Shown here piece by piece: positions 39,433-53,300 of a stretch of DNA of 58,574 nucleotides. Position numbers and translations under genes: made by a program. Every line of letters begins with the position of its first letter. Positions within the stretch are counted from its first letter, which is position 1. Source of the stretch: Atractiella rhizophila. Its lineage: Eukaryota. A model generated the notes under the pieces. That model searched no databases, had not been told where the DNA came from, and was given only the letters and a program-made list of their open reading frames with translations. Location of the stretch: the NCBI GenBank assembly GCA_021432655.1, contig MU271358.1, positions 1 to 58,574 of the forward strand, written 5' to 3'.

Positions 39433-41462
39433 ATGGCACTACGCCCTGTGTTACGAAGAAACAGTCTTTTTGCATTGAGGCGACCATTTCTTCCATCTCG
39501 GCATGCCTTGCCTCACAATCGACGCTGCATCTCCCATGCCGTCGCTTCCACGCGTCTTCTCGCCTTCCGGCGTCCATATCTTTCCATATTCTTGCTCTGC
39601 GGCTCAGGTTACACCCTTTATGGCATTCTAACAGGTTATCCTTCGACTAGACCGACGGAATACGACGCACTCCTTCCCCATCTTTCAAACTCATCTCTCG
39701 CCTCAAATGCTCATTTGCGCACACTACCATTGGGAGAACTTTGTCGCTCTTGGTTCGTTTATTTGGTATCAGGGAATGGACTGCTTGTTAGTATGGGGCC
39801 CTCCATCATTGGACTGCTGGATTGGGGAAAACAAAATATACCTGTTGTTGGCGCTTGGCCGTGGGATGGATTTATGTGGGTACGTTTCCTGATTCATGCA
39901 TATCTAGATATCAGAGAAGTACCAATACACTTACGACACGAACAGATCATGAAACGAACCTTCTTCCCGCATTTCGTTGCTGGTGAAAGCGCTCAACAAA
40001 GCTATCCTTACGTCGCCAAACTCGCTTCCCAAGGAGTCGGGGCATCTCTCAACTACTCAGCCGAACCTCTTCCATTCGCACCAAGGGATGGTGTTCAAAC
40101 AAATGCCTTGCTGAAAGGAGTGCTAAAGGCTGACCTTGACGCAGCTAATGATGCTATCCTCCTCGCTTCTACGTTTCCGGATCCTGCTGCCGCTGAGGAT
40201 GGTGATATCCTGAAAGCCACAACCCTTGCAATAAAGCTTACATCCTTCCTGCGCGACCCTTCAGTGCTCAGGAGAGCAACGCAGGTTTTGGTCAACATGC
40301 GATCTGAAGAGACCAGGTGGGAGAAGGATTGGCCTGAGTCTCCAGTTTGGCTCGACGGAGATACGGAGGCATTGACGAATCTTTATGACGAAATGAGGAA
40401 GTTGCTTCTGAACGCGAAGAGGAGAGGTGTTAGAGTATTGATTGATGCAGAGGAGTCCTGGTATCAGCCTGCGTGCGTCTTTTTAATCCTGTCGAGAATG
40501 GAAAAGACTCAAACTCCAAACAGTATTGACAAATTTTTCCACCTTCTGGCGGAGGAAGTAAACAGCAATAGGCCGTCATCAACTCAATCTTCCAAATCCT
40601 GGTTCTCTCTCCTTTCTTCGTCGTCGTCTCCGGTGTCGAAACGTGAACCAGCTCCTCTTCCGACGGTGTATAACACCTATCAAGCCTACTTGAAATCCAC
40701 ACCTCACAACTTACAAGTTTCCCTCTCACGAGCAAAGGCGTTAAACTATTCTCTTGGCATTAAACTAGTACGAGGAGCGTATATGTTCAACGACCGAAAA
40801 GTTGTGTGGGATACCAAGGAGGAGACCGATAACTGTTGGAACGAGTCCGCGAAAATGCTGGTACATAGGATGAAAGAAGATCATTCATTAGCTCTTGTTC
40901 TAGCTACTCATAATACAACAAGCGCCAGAATTGGCATTAAAGTATACTTTCCTTCCCAAGCTAAAACTTTTGACCGTGCTGACATGTCTTGATCAACAGG
41001 CTCTGATTGATGAAAGTCTTGTCGAACCAGTGGGACAAGGTCAATACCGTGCTACTTCGGCTCTGGAGGGACGACTTGCTTTCGGTCAACTGATGGGCAA
41101 GTTAACTTTTGTCACCCGTAGCCAACACTGACTCTTTGGGGTTATACGATGTAGGGATGTCAAACTCCCTTACCCATGCAATAGCCAATACCCTGCTCCC
41201 TCGTCCAAACGGACATGCTGTACCTTATGTCGCAAAAGCCAGCCCATACGCATCAGTCGCGAGCTGCATTCCTTACCTAATGAGGCGGTAGGCATCTTCC
41301 TCTTTCCATGCATCCATGAGGCGCGTTGATTTGTTTCACAATAGGGCAAATGAGAACCGTAGTATATTGGAGAGCGGGGAAGAGCGGATGGGCGCACGAG
41401 AAGAAAGAAAGTTAGTGGCGAGAGAGATCAGACGGAGGCTCGGGTGGACATGGGAGACATAG
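39433..41462 (+). CDS. PUT1: Mitochondrial proline dehydrogenase
   Basis: Arg-rich presequence; HFVAGE, AIKLT, VLIDAEESWYQP, VYNTYQAYLK, GIKLVRGAY, LATHN, FGQLMGM, PYLMRRANEN. Confidence 0.93.
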
Positions 41463-43443
41463 GAGACAGCTCGATAATTTTGCCAGTTGGCTTTCTGAAG
41501 ATGGGTTAAATCACGATAGCAGTTAGAAGATTTGTATTTCACTTGGTGGCTGGATTGAGAGGACTGATACGACTAATGCGAATTTAAACATTGCATCTCG
41601 CCAACCTGTCTGTTTCATCTTAACCGCAATAAGGCAAGACCATAAAAATAGAGTCATTCTGCCCACAAGGCAACAAGAGGTCTTGCTAGCGTCTTAGCGG
41701 CACCTTTGAAAAAAGGCACGTCGCGCCGAATACGTTCCCATACCGCGATATCTCCACCTCAAACTTGCAAAACAATGCGGCTGGTTTTTCACAAATTTTT
41801 GACCTAACATCTTATTACGAGGAAGTCCACGAAAGTTCGAACTCGCTAAAGTGCTTTTCATGTCGTGATGCATCTCCACGGTAGACAAAAGAGGCAAAGA
41901 AGCCTGGAACATCATCCTGAGCACAATCCGGAGTCCAAGAAACAGAAGAATACACTGCTGAAGGAGAGAAAGAGCACAGGTGACTTGGTGAAAGATGACA
42001 ACACCATGCCTAAGCTAGGGAGGCAAAGGAAACCTCAAATATGCGTAAATTTCAAAGACTATTGATGAGTTTCACTGTTCATCATCGTTCTTTCCCAATT
42101 CAACAAATGCTCATGACACTACAATATACCCTTAATACCGTTTTGAGGTTTCACTTTAGAACGTAGTCCACAATAAATTTGATTGATCTGATCCATGATT
42201 CACTCAGTCGAAAATGAGACTGAGGGAGAAACGAACGATTGAGAGTTAATGACTAATACTAAACAGAGAACTGTTCAGCTCTTGCATCCATGACTTCACA
42301 TGTTGTTTTCCTTCCCAAATATCTCCACAGAAGGACTCCTTCAATGTTGAAGGTGTCGTCATTGCGGATGCCTGGATCAGTCACACGGATTTGCGATCTC
42401 TCGACACAGTTTTTCGTCAATCTTTGAGGCTAAGAGAGATCAGACGGAGGCTCGGGTGGACATGGGAGACATAGGAGACAGCTCGATAATTTTGCCAGTT
42501 GACTTTCTGAAGATGGGTTAAATCACGATAGCAGTTAGAAGATTTGTATTTCACTTGGTGGCTGGATTGAGAGGACTGATACAACTAATGCCAATTTAAA
42601 CATTGCATCTCGCCAGCCTGTCTGTTTCATCTTAACCGCAATAAGGCAAGACCATAAAAGTAGAGTCATTCTGCGCACAAGGCAACAAGAGGTCTTGCTA
42701 GCGTCTCAGCGGCACCTTTGAAAAAAGGCACGTCGCGCCGAATACGTTCCCATACCGCGATAACTCCACCTCAAACTTGCAAAACAATGCGGCTGGTTTT
42801 TCACAAATTTTTGACCTAACATCTTATTACGAGGAAGTTCACGAAAGTTAGAACTCGCCAAAGTGCTTTTCATGTCGTGATGCATCTCCACGGTTGACAA
42901 AAGAGGCAAAGAAGCCTGGAATATCATCCTGAGCACAATCCAGAGCCAAGAAACAGAAGAATACACTGATGAAGGAGAGAAAGAGCACAGGTGACTTGGT
43001 GAAAGATGACAACAACATGCCTAAGCTAGGGAGGCAAAGGAAACCTTAAATATGCATAAATTTCAATGACTATTGATGAGTTTCACTGTTCATCATCGTT
43101 CTTTCCCAATTCAACAAATACTCATGACACTACAATGCACCCTTAATACCGTTTTGAGGTTTCACTTTAGAACGTAGTCCACAATAAATTCGATTGATCT
43201 GATCCATGATTCACTCAGTCGAAAATGAGACTGATGGAGAAACGAACGATTGAGAGTTAATGACTAATACTGAACAGAGAACTGTCCAGCTGTTGCATCC
43301 ATGGCTTCACATGTTGTTCTCCTTCCCAAATATCTCCACAGAAGGACTCCTTCAATGTTGAAGGTGTCGTCATTGCGGAGGCCTGGATCAGTCACACGGA
43401 TTTGCGATCTCTCGACACAGTTTTTGGTCAATCTTTGAGGCTA
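41421..43443. repeat. 1.0-kb direct tandem duplication (41421-42432 / 42433-43443) with a few percent divergence
   Basis: agagagatcagacggaggctcggg...atctttgaggcta repeated at offset 1012. Confidence 0.95.
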
Positions 43444-44351
43444 GGCTTGTGATGTGATGCTAGAAGCTCGAATATCATATGATCTGATTGCAAAGGGGAG
43501 AGAGAGATATGGAAGGTGAATCAGGAATGGGATGTAGATACAGCTTAGGGTAAAGGCAAGCAAACTTAGTCACCCGAGGTGAAAGGTTTAGCGAAACAGA
43601 CCATTAATCGATTAACAATGTTTGTAAGTAGCAACGTGAGCCATTAGTAGAAAGACTACGATGACTTAAGGTTGAGTAAAAAGGGCACGAGAATGGGATG
43701 AGAAAACGGCAAGACTTCCCCATGCAACAAAATTTGAAACAGTTTTGATGACGCCTCAGGAAAGCTGTTGAATTCTCGCTCTCGTAGATTGAACTGTCCA
43801 CCGGGAACAAGAAAGACTGTTACAATATTCAGGGAAACATGACACTTTGTCGTCCGGGCCAGGTCTACAAAGCTTGAATACCAGTGCGAGCGTTGCATGG
43901 ATCGCGACGTCATGTCGACCATATGTCTCCCGTAACTATAAAGCATTGCACTCATAGTACCTTGCAAGCCTCACGCTTGCGCGATCTTCAAGAAAGTTCG
44001 ATGAAAACATGAATTGCACCACTCGCTCATACGAAACAAGCCCCTCCTCCACTCCACAAGGCTAGAGACTTGCCTGATGAGTCTGATCTTTGCTTCCACA
44101 TCACTAAATCGATCCGCCCGATGACTCAGCGAAATTTCCTTTTCCGTCGTCCAGATTGCCCCATCCCTCTCGTTTATCAGACGCGCCACCAGCGTCACTT
44201 CCAAGCCTGGTGATGGGAAATGGAAGACGGCAACGCCATATAAGCGGTATGATTGCGGACATGATGTGACCGGGAGGGAGTGGAGTCTGAAGAGAATGGA
44301 CCGACTGTTGGTCCGCAGCACATCAGGGCCGTCCAGCAATGTCGACTGCAA
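42706..44351 (-). CDS. Multi-exon hypothetical protein (start not resolved; 3' half duplicated at 41694-42432)
   Basis: Open exons with plausible splice sites. Several differences between the two duplicate copies are synonymous in the terminal frame (TTA/TTG, TCG/TCT, TCT/TCA, stop TAA/TGA). Confidence 0.5.
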
Positions 44352-44510
44352 AAAAAGGGTTGAAGCCAGATCTATCCCAGTGTAGCTAATACAAAATCAT
44401 ACTGCCGTATCCAACTGATAATTCCAAGGTCAAAATAAGGAGTTTAAGTGAAAAATGGTCGAGAAAAGAGGAAAAACGACATTTGTCGTCGTTCAATTGA
44501 GCAACATGCG

Positions 44511-44528
44511 TTAGGGTTAGGGCCCTAA
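44511..44528. promoter_or_regulatory. Telomere-like motif TTAGGGTTAGGGCCCTAA in a divergent promoter
   Basis: Two TTAGGG plus an inverted CCCTAA, about 130 bp upstream of the BDF1 ATG. Confidence 0.35.
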
Positions 44529-44659
44529 GTAACTCACTATATTAACCCAGGGTCTCTTCAGATGGCGAAAAAGGCCCCCCGACTCGGAAAATCGCCTCAA
44601 AAAATATTTTCGTATCCGAACGACGCGTTCAACACCAACTTCGATCACCACCCTTAATC

Positions 44660-47639
44660 ATGGATATCCTCAACCATGAGCAGCCTGCCTCGGTGATCAC
44701 CACGAGCACTATCAAGCATGGAGCAGAATCGGATGGGCTTTCAAAGAACGAAAATTCCGAGGATCCATTCGAAAACCCCATTCCGACACCTCCCAACACA
44801 AATGGCAACGATGAATACGGGGAGTCGCCACCAGAGCAGATGCAGATGGAGCCTGACAACGATGGTGAACCCGGAGACGATATGGATACGGCGTCATCGC
44901 CACCAGTGGCGGATGAGGTCGGAATGGATTTGGCAGAAGGAGGGGAACTGCAAGCTGCGACTCCTGGAGCCAATGAGGCTCTACCTGCAACAACCATAAA
45001 TCCATCACAGCTCATATCTCCTTCTTTCTCTAACCGCCCGAATGGTTCTATCGCGTCAATTGGCTCGAATGGGACGCTCAAGCGGTCCTTCGAGGATGAG
45101 CAGGGAGAAGAAGATACGTCGAAGCGACAGAAAGTTGATCACCCCTCCTCCGCCTCTCCCTCACTCCCGCCGGAAGACCCTTCAAACTCCGTTCCCTCTG
45201 AAGATCCGTTACCGTTGTCCTCTCAACAACCTCCAAGCTCGGACGCAGCACCACATCTTACCACCTATGTCGCCCCAGTTGGCCTAATCGAACCCCCCGC
45301 CCCTCGTCCCCCAACCCAAACCACCCTTTGCTCCTCCAATCAGCTCAAATATATGGCTTCTGCCCTCAAACAGATCAAACGTCTTAAAGCGTCCGCCCCT
45401 TTTCTTCAACCCGTCGACCCCGTCGCGCTGAACATCCCCAACTACCCGAATGTCATCAAGTTCCCAATGGATTTGGGTACGATCGAACTGAAGGTTCTCG
45501 CAGCCCAAGGGAAGAGGGAGGCGGGGTGGAGACCACAGATGGGCGTGATGGAGTCACCAGAGATGTTCAGGGATGATTTGCGGAGAATTTGGTGGAACTG
45601 TAAAATATATAATGGGACAACATCCATTTTCACAACCTGGGCTATTGAGGTCGAAAAGGCTGCAGAGAAGATGCTGGACAAGATGCCAAAGGTACGCCTC
45701 TCTCTAGGCTGCCTTCTTTGTTATATTCGAAGCACGCATTGTCGCAAAAGACAGAACTTGTTGACTGTTGACCAACATGACACGCTTCAACAGCAAATGC
45801 AATTTACTCATTTTTGTTTAACCATACTTTAAAGTCTGTTTGTTGACTTGATCTGTGCTTGAAATAGCCTCCCCCACCACCACCACCAAAACCTACACCG
45901 CTCGCCATCGCTTCTTCTTCCACCTACTCCCCTCCAGCGATGGAGATATCAAAACCCTCCAAGTCGAAAAAGGCGCGTCTTCCACATTCTCAGAGCCACA
46001 TTCTGCTAACGCAGAATCAAAATCAGGCTCAACCTGGCGCGCCGACGATCCGTCGAAGCTCCTCTATCTCGATGGATGGTCGTCCGAAACGCGAAATCCA
46101 TCCACCCGCTCCGAAGGAACTTCCTTACTTCGCTGATTTGGATGTGAAGAAACCAAAGCTTGGGAATCGGAAAGTAGATAAGGAGATTAGATGGGGATTA
46201 AGCGTGTTGAAGGAGCTGGGATTGAAGAGGAACAAGGATTTTGTGTGGCCGTTCGAGTCGCCCGTTGGTGGGTATTTTTCTGCATGCTTCGTCAGGATTT
46301 AATACTGACATTTACTGGATGGCAATAGATCCAGTTGCTCTGTCCATCCCTGACTACTTCAAAGTCATCAAGCGTCCGATGGACTTGTCAACTATCAAGC
46401 GGAAACTCGAATCAGGGGTTTATCGCGACAATCCATCGACCGAAAGTGTCGAAGGCGATTTTCGGCTCATGCTCGACAACTGCTTCACCTACAACCCTCC
46501 TGGCACCAGCGTTCACATTTTCGGTCGTAAAGTCGAAGCAGTCTTTGATAGGATGTGGGAAGACTTCCAAAAGATTGATCTAGATGAAGGGTTTGATGAA
46601 GAAGGTATTCAGAACAGCATCAAGGCTGAAGGTCAGTTCTTTCACTGTTTCTTCATTCCCAAAGCTGTACTGATGAGCGGTTCCACAAATATAGACAACC
46701 GAATACAACGCATTCGCTCCCAGATTCAACGTCTGGATGAGGAGCTCAAAGATGCAGAGGCGAAAAAGGCTAAGCATGTTGAGCACCTTCAGAAAGAACG
46801 GGAGAGGGTCAAAGCGCAGAAGAAGGCGAAGAAAGAGAGACAGGCAGCTCAGCAGGCTGCGTACGAACAAGCATATGCTTACGACTACGACTCTCCTGTG
46901 GCTTCGACGTCGAAGAAGGCGGATGCAGCTCAGAAGAAGAAGAAACCTAAGACGAAGACCAAGAAGAAGGAGGAGCTCCCGATCACCGACAAGATGTCCA
47001 TGCCATATCAATATTCCGAGACACTGAGTCGGAAGATCGAGACCGACGGAGATAATCCCATCGTTGCGGATGCTGTTGCATATCTTTCGACTCAGCTCCA
47101 AATGGTCCAATTTTCTTGTTTAAATGTTCCAAACTAACTTGTCTCTCCAGACCGCCGACTCCGAAGATGGAACAGTCGAGCTCGAGATCGATAATGTTCA
47201 ACCGGAAATTCTGTGGAAGGTCTATGAAATGATTTTTGGTCCAGTCGACGAGTCGATCAAGTGGTCCTCTACGAACGGCAATAACCCCGCCGCCGCCGCT
47301 GCTATACAACGTGGCAAAAGTAGGCTAGCTAACGGGGGAGGTGTCACTGCTTCTGGCGGAAGGGCGAAGAAGGGAGGTCGAGCTGGTACAGGAGGCGTTA
47401 ACAGGAAGAATCTGGACGAAGAGGCAGAGAGTGCGAAGATTCGTGCGCTCGAAGATCGGCTGAAGGCATTCGACGAGCACGAGAGAGGAGGTGGTTCAGC
47501 TTCTTCTTTCGGCGCTGGTGGAGTCCCTGGATATGGCGGAGGTGCTGCCGCACTCATGGAAGGCATGGGACAGAATGACGACGATGTCTCTAGCGAGAGC
47601 AGCGAGGAGGACATGAGCTCTGAGGATGAGAGCGACTAA
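44660..47639 (+). CDS. BDF1: BET-family double-bromodomain plus ET protein
   Basis: [82 protein letters not shown]; ET-like VELEID; acidic SEED tail. Confidence 0.95.
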
Positions 47640-48302
47640 CGAGATTGGATTAGAAAGATCGGAGACCTTTTCCAGGTCGGTTCTATTCGTCTTTTCAGTG
47701 GAATGGGTTCTTTCTCTCACCTCTTCGTCCTCTTCCGTCACTTCGATATTTCGTCGACCCATTCGTGTTCCTTTGCAATCTTCCTTTCTTCTCCGATAAC
47801 AAGTCAAAGTAAACATCGACCGTTCTTCGTTCCCCTCTTCGTCGACGTTGACGAACATCACTTTTACTTTCCCACAACTTGAGTTACCTCAGTTTGTTAC
47901 TTGGGCAACAATGAAAATGTGCAAATACATAAATGCCTCTCCACACTGACAGATGCCAGGAGATTACACTGAAAGTGACCTGAGCCGAAATAAGGAACAG
48001 GCTGGGAACGTGACGCGTCCACGTTCCGCATTCGACAGGTGGCGAATTTCTTGCAACAAAAACAACCATCGCACGTTCCAGCATAAACATCCTATTTATT
48101 ATTCCCTCATTCAGACCATAGAGATATCATCAAACTGGCCCAAATTCGATTAATTTCTCAGTCATCCCCCCTTTTCCGTCGTTATCCACATCGAGATCGG
48201 CTTCGAATTCCTTCCACTTTTCTGCAACCACTCCACATACTTCTCCGAGCCCAGAGACCCTTCTCCTCCCACCTTCAAATAGCTAGCAGCAACACTTTCA
48301 TC

Positions 48303-49964
48303 ATGTCGAAAAACCAAGTCCCTGCGTTGGAATCTATGCCTGTCTGCTGGGGCCATAGAGGGGTACTTGTCCTTCCATCCGAAAGAGGACGAGAGTAATG
48401 CGCGTAACAGGCGTCAGCCGCTTTTCCAGAGAATACGTTGAAGAGCTTTGAAATGGCCATTAAAGATGGAGCAGAGGGGATTGAAAGTGGTGCGTTTTCA
48501 CTCGTCGTCGGGTTGCAATGAGGCAAAGGGCACACTATTTTCTCGCTTTCTATTTCGCCCGAAATATTTGGGCTACATCGATTAATTCTGGTATCTGTTG
48601 TGTCGCATTTGCATTACGTCCTTGGGGCTTAATTTTCTGCCTTGTCTTCAGCTCTCCTTGGAATGGGGTGCTTTTTGCCATTTTAGGGCAGTGCTGTTTC
48701 TGGCCCCGAGCCCCTTTCTCATTACGCCATGTGAAGAGCTGTCAGCATCATTGCGAGTCTTCCAACGCAATTTTCAACAACAATGTGCGTTGACTGCCTG
48801 CTGCAATGATTGAATTGGAGCAGCAATTTGGTGGGTCTGCAGTTTGTGCGTTTCGATTTTGACGAGGTGTCTGGAGAGATTGCAATTTTAGTTCCTTCTT
48901 TGCCTCATGTGCCCTCGGTGTCGGTGACCCAGTTCATTCACCGACGGTCAGGAGACCTAGCTCTTGATGCAACCCATGAGCTTATTTTAATTTTAATCGA
49001 AAGATTCTTCCTATTGAATGAGTTACAGCGACTGACTGACTTCGGGTAGACGTTCACATTACGAGTGATGGAATTATCGTTATGCACCATGGTTCGTCCT
49101 TAGTCAGCCCTCAGTTTGTCTTAGATTGTAACTGCCACGCAGACACTCACCTAGATCGAACGACGAATGGACATGGCCTTATTTTCACTCAACCATACCA
49201 CGGAACGAATGGTGTCTCCACTTTGTCCACTCGAAAGGAACCGAAACAGAGCATTCCTACTTTTGCGGAAACCCTGGAGCTTCTTCTCGCTCCGGGAAAT
49301 GAGAAGATCGAGCTGAATATAGACGTTAAAGTCGATAACGACCCGGAAAAGCTCTTCTCCCTCATGCACGACATCATTTCTGCACATCCCTCCTTCCAAT
49401 CCACTTTAGCCCCTCGCCTCATCCTTGGACTTTGGCATCCTAAATACCTAGAACCTGCTAAACGCTTGGTGCCGTACTTGAGGAGGATACATATCGGTGT
49501 TTCTCCTGCGCTGGCTAGGAAATACTTTTGGAAAGACTGCGAAGGATTTTCCATCAACTTCGCCGCTTTAGTCGCAGGTGACGGCGAGAAATTCAGGAAG
49601 GAGTGCAGGGAGAATGGGAAAGATGTCTATGTTTGGACAGTGAACAAGAGGAACGAGATGATTGAGGCAACAAAATGGGGCGTGAAGGCTATTTTGACAG
49701 ATAGGACGGCGGATTTATTGAAGTTAAGGAAGGAAATGACAAGTGTGTCTTATTCCTCCATTTTATCGTTGTCTCGATTTAACTGTTTCTGTGCGTGTGA
49801 CAGGTGAATGGCACGCCGTGAGCAAGGAGAATGGACCGCTTTTTTCTTGGTCATCGATTTGGTACAATTCCCTCGTCAACGGAATCGTAGCAGCATGGGA
49901 AGAATATTTGCTGACGAAGAGCGCCGGAGGTTTTGGGCCCATTATCCAAACAACAAAATCGTGA
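48303..49964 (+). CDS. Glycerophosphodiester phosphodiesterase-domain protein (Pgc1-like)
   Basis: CWGHRG/ASAAFPENTL.SF..AI.DGAEGIES/DVH.T.DG..V..H/D..LDRTTNG, IDVK, ILGLWH, VYVWTVN, GVKAILTD. Confidence 0.9.
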
Positions 49965-50333
49965 AGCAGGAACGTCGTTGGTTTTCGCATTTCATTTCAT
50001 TTCCTGATACAGAAAGTTTCTTTATCGTCCTCGACTGACAGTTGCATTCCTCATTGTCCTCCATCCGAGCATCCGAGCATGAGTTTTCTCCTCCCTGCCT
50101 AATCCAACAACCCTCAATCTTATTCATAGCTTTCTTTTTGGTCAAGGGTTCTTTGGTTGTCTAGGATAACAAAGATCATGATGTAGAGTATTTGGGGCAT
50201 AGAAATCGCGAGTGATCTAATTGCTAGTTTCATGGATCTACAACCTGTACTGTGTGCCAGAAAACAAACGAACGCGAGGTCGAAGCCTCACTTTACAACA
50301 GATGAACCATGAACGTTTTAAGACAACAGGCTA

Positions 50334-53300
50334 TTAATCATCGTCCATCTTCGTGATTGAAGAGCTCGCCTCGCGACTAGGGTCAACACTAGAAGGCCCT
50401 GTTCCAGGAAGCCCAGATCCTTGAGTGAGCTCATTGAATTTATCCATGAAAACTTTTTCCAGCAAGCCAGCGTCGTGGTATACTATAGAACTCTCATCGT
50501 TGAAGGTTCTGGCCTCCATGTATCAAGACCATTGCCAATAGACCAGATGAACAACGAACCTGGCATTCGTGAACATGAGCATCCAGTCGTTTTTGAAATC
50601 TTCCATCGTTTTATAATGAGCCCCCTGAGCCTGCGAAGTCGTCGACATTTGCAGAGGAAAGATATGAAGACACAAAGCTCACCCGCTTTTTGATTTGGTT
50701 CATACTGATGGGCTGCTTGATGATGGTGTAATAATGAGGGCTACCAAATAACTAGTCGGTTTCGAATTAGGACGATGTAAAGGAGAGAGCGTACTACTCA
50801 TTTTTCTTAGGCAATGTTAAAAACAGCCCAGCAGCCTGATGACCAAATTCAGGATTGTCCACTGCGTCGACTGCTTCCCAGCACTCCATCATGATCTCTT
50901 TCATCCTCTTCCTCGTATCTGCTCCTTCTGCAGCGCTGCTCTTTCCGCCACCAATCTTGCGACGTTTCTGTAAAAGCGATTAGTACTAACAGCCGTAAAG
51001 GGAAGTGGATGGACAAACGGTTGATCGTGGTTCGTCGTCGTCGCCATCAATAGAGGGAGTCACAGAGAATCCTTTCCCTCCAGCCCTCTTCCTTTTCTTC
51101 CCCGCAGGTTCTGGCGTGTCCTCATCGATGCTCACCACATCATCCTGCCTCTTCACCTTGGTGTTCGACTTTCGCTCCCTCCTCCTTCTCTTCGCATCTA
51201 CGAATTCGGCGACATCAATGGAATCGTCTTCAAGGGCCTGAATAGATTGTCAGCTAGCGGGAACAGAAAGAATGTTACAAACGTTAATAAATTGTTCCTC
51301 TGTCAACCCATCGTCATAATGAACCGCCTTGCGCTTCCTAGGTCCTCCTTCGTCCTTTTCTTCCTCTTTAGGCGGTACATAATCCGCTCTCCAGACTCTC
51401 GGAAGTTCTGATTCTTCGATCAAACGAGGCTGTTGTTTCTTTCCTGATCGCTCTCGATCCTTCTTCTCGCTGGCAAACCGCTTCCTATCCAGTTCATTGA
51501 AAAGTCGTAGCTCCTCATCCCCTCGAGCAAGGATATCGTTCAGCTCCGCATCAGTAAGTTCCGAGTCAGGGTCTTCCTCCTCTTCGATTTGGGCCATGAT
51601 TTGACGAAGATATTCCTCTCTTTCCGCGACAGAAGTCTTATTATCGCTGAACGAAGAAGATTGATAAGTAGACCAATCAGAGACAGGAGGGGACTCACAA
51701 TTTTCCTCCTTGAATAACTTTCTTGTCAAGGTCTTGCTTCCTCCGCGCACTAGCCAGGACTTGTTCTTCTCTATTCCCCTCAAAATATCACACCGAGTCG
51801 ATATAACGAAAAGAACAACATACACGCTCTTCTCCGTCACGAGTCTGAAGATTCGGACCTCCTTCTTTTGTCCAATCCTATGCGCTCGGTCCTGAGCCTG
51901 GAGATCCTGATGCGGATTCCCTGCTGTTGTTCAGCTGCGAAGGCCAAAGATTGAGAGACTCACAATCCGAATCGTAAATAATGACAGTGTCAGCAGTTTG
52001 TAGATTCAAACCAAGACCGCCAGCTCGAGTTGAAAGAAGGAAAATGGGGATATCTGAATCAGGAGCGTTGAACTGGCTCAGAAGTCCAGCTCTTTCATCG
52101 GGTTTTGTGGAGCCATCGAGTCGTAGGAATTTGATCTTTCGGTAGTTGAGGTAATCTTCCATGATATCCATCACTTGAGTCATTTGGAAGAACATTAAAA
52201 CCTAAGCACATTTACGTTAGCGAAGTGTCAGGAAACGCGTGCATAACGAATACTGGGAAGAAACGTACTCTGTGACCGTTCATGAAAAGCTTCGGCAAGA
52301 TTCTGTCTAATAGCTCAAACTTGCCCGCAACCCTCCAAATATTTGGATCCTCGAATGGATTCCCCGACCAATTTGTCGCGCGCAAAGCGTTTTCCACCTC
52401 GGGGAACACGTAGGGGTGGTTACAGATTTTTCTCAGCTGCATCAAAATATTCTGCAGCCCTTTAATCCCCTTGCTTCCCTTGGGCCCGGAACCATCATCT
52501 ACAGCCTCCCCCGACTCTGTATAGATCATCCCGTAATCTTTGATCTGCTTCGTAAGCCGATACTGAAGAGAGGACATCTTGCAACGGATTATTTTCTCGA
52601 CTTTGTCGGGTAGTTCGGACTCGACGTCTTTCTTGAGACGACGGAGGAGAAAAGGACGAAGGACCTTGTGGAGACGCTTGATAACCAGAAGCGCTTCTTC
52701 TTCGTTTAGTTCAATCTTGTCCTGTCCACCTGTGTTGGCGAAAGGGGTATTGAACCACTCGTCAAAGGACTTGACAGAGTTAAACACCTCGGGTAGGACG
52801 AAATTAAGGAGAGCCCAGAGCTCAGGGAGATTGTTCTATATTTTTCGCGCTATCAGCAGACGAATTATGACGGAGTAGAGGGAAAGGCGGACCTGAAGGG
52901 GAGTACCAGTAAGAATGAGCCGATGCTTGCTTTTATAGTACTGATTGAGTGTTAAGCTGAGCTTGGACTGCGTATTCTTCATCCTATGGCCTTCATCGAT
53001 GATTAGATGGACCCATTGGAACTTGCAAAGTACAGGTCGATCCTTGACGATGAACTCGTACGTCGTGAGGCAAACCTGAAATGAGCCGTACCGCAAATCT
53101 TGAGCGAGCTTCTTTCGCATGTTCGGAGAGCCCTTATAAGTGACAACAGAGACGGAGGGTGCCCACTTTTCGAATTCGGATTGCCAGTTAGGGATGGTGG
53201 AGAGAGGGGCAATGACGAGGAAGGGACCGGATATCCTTTTGTGCTCAATGATGTAGGTGATGAGGGAGATGGTCTGGATCGTCTTCCCCAGTCCCTGTAC

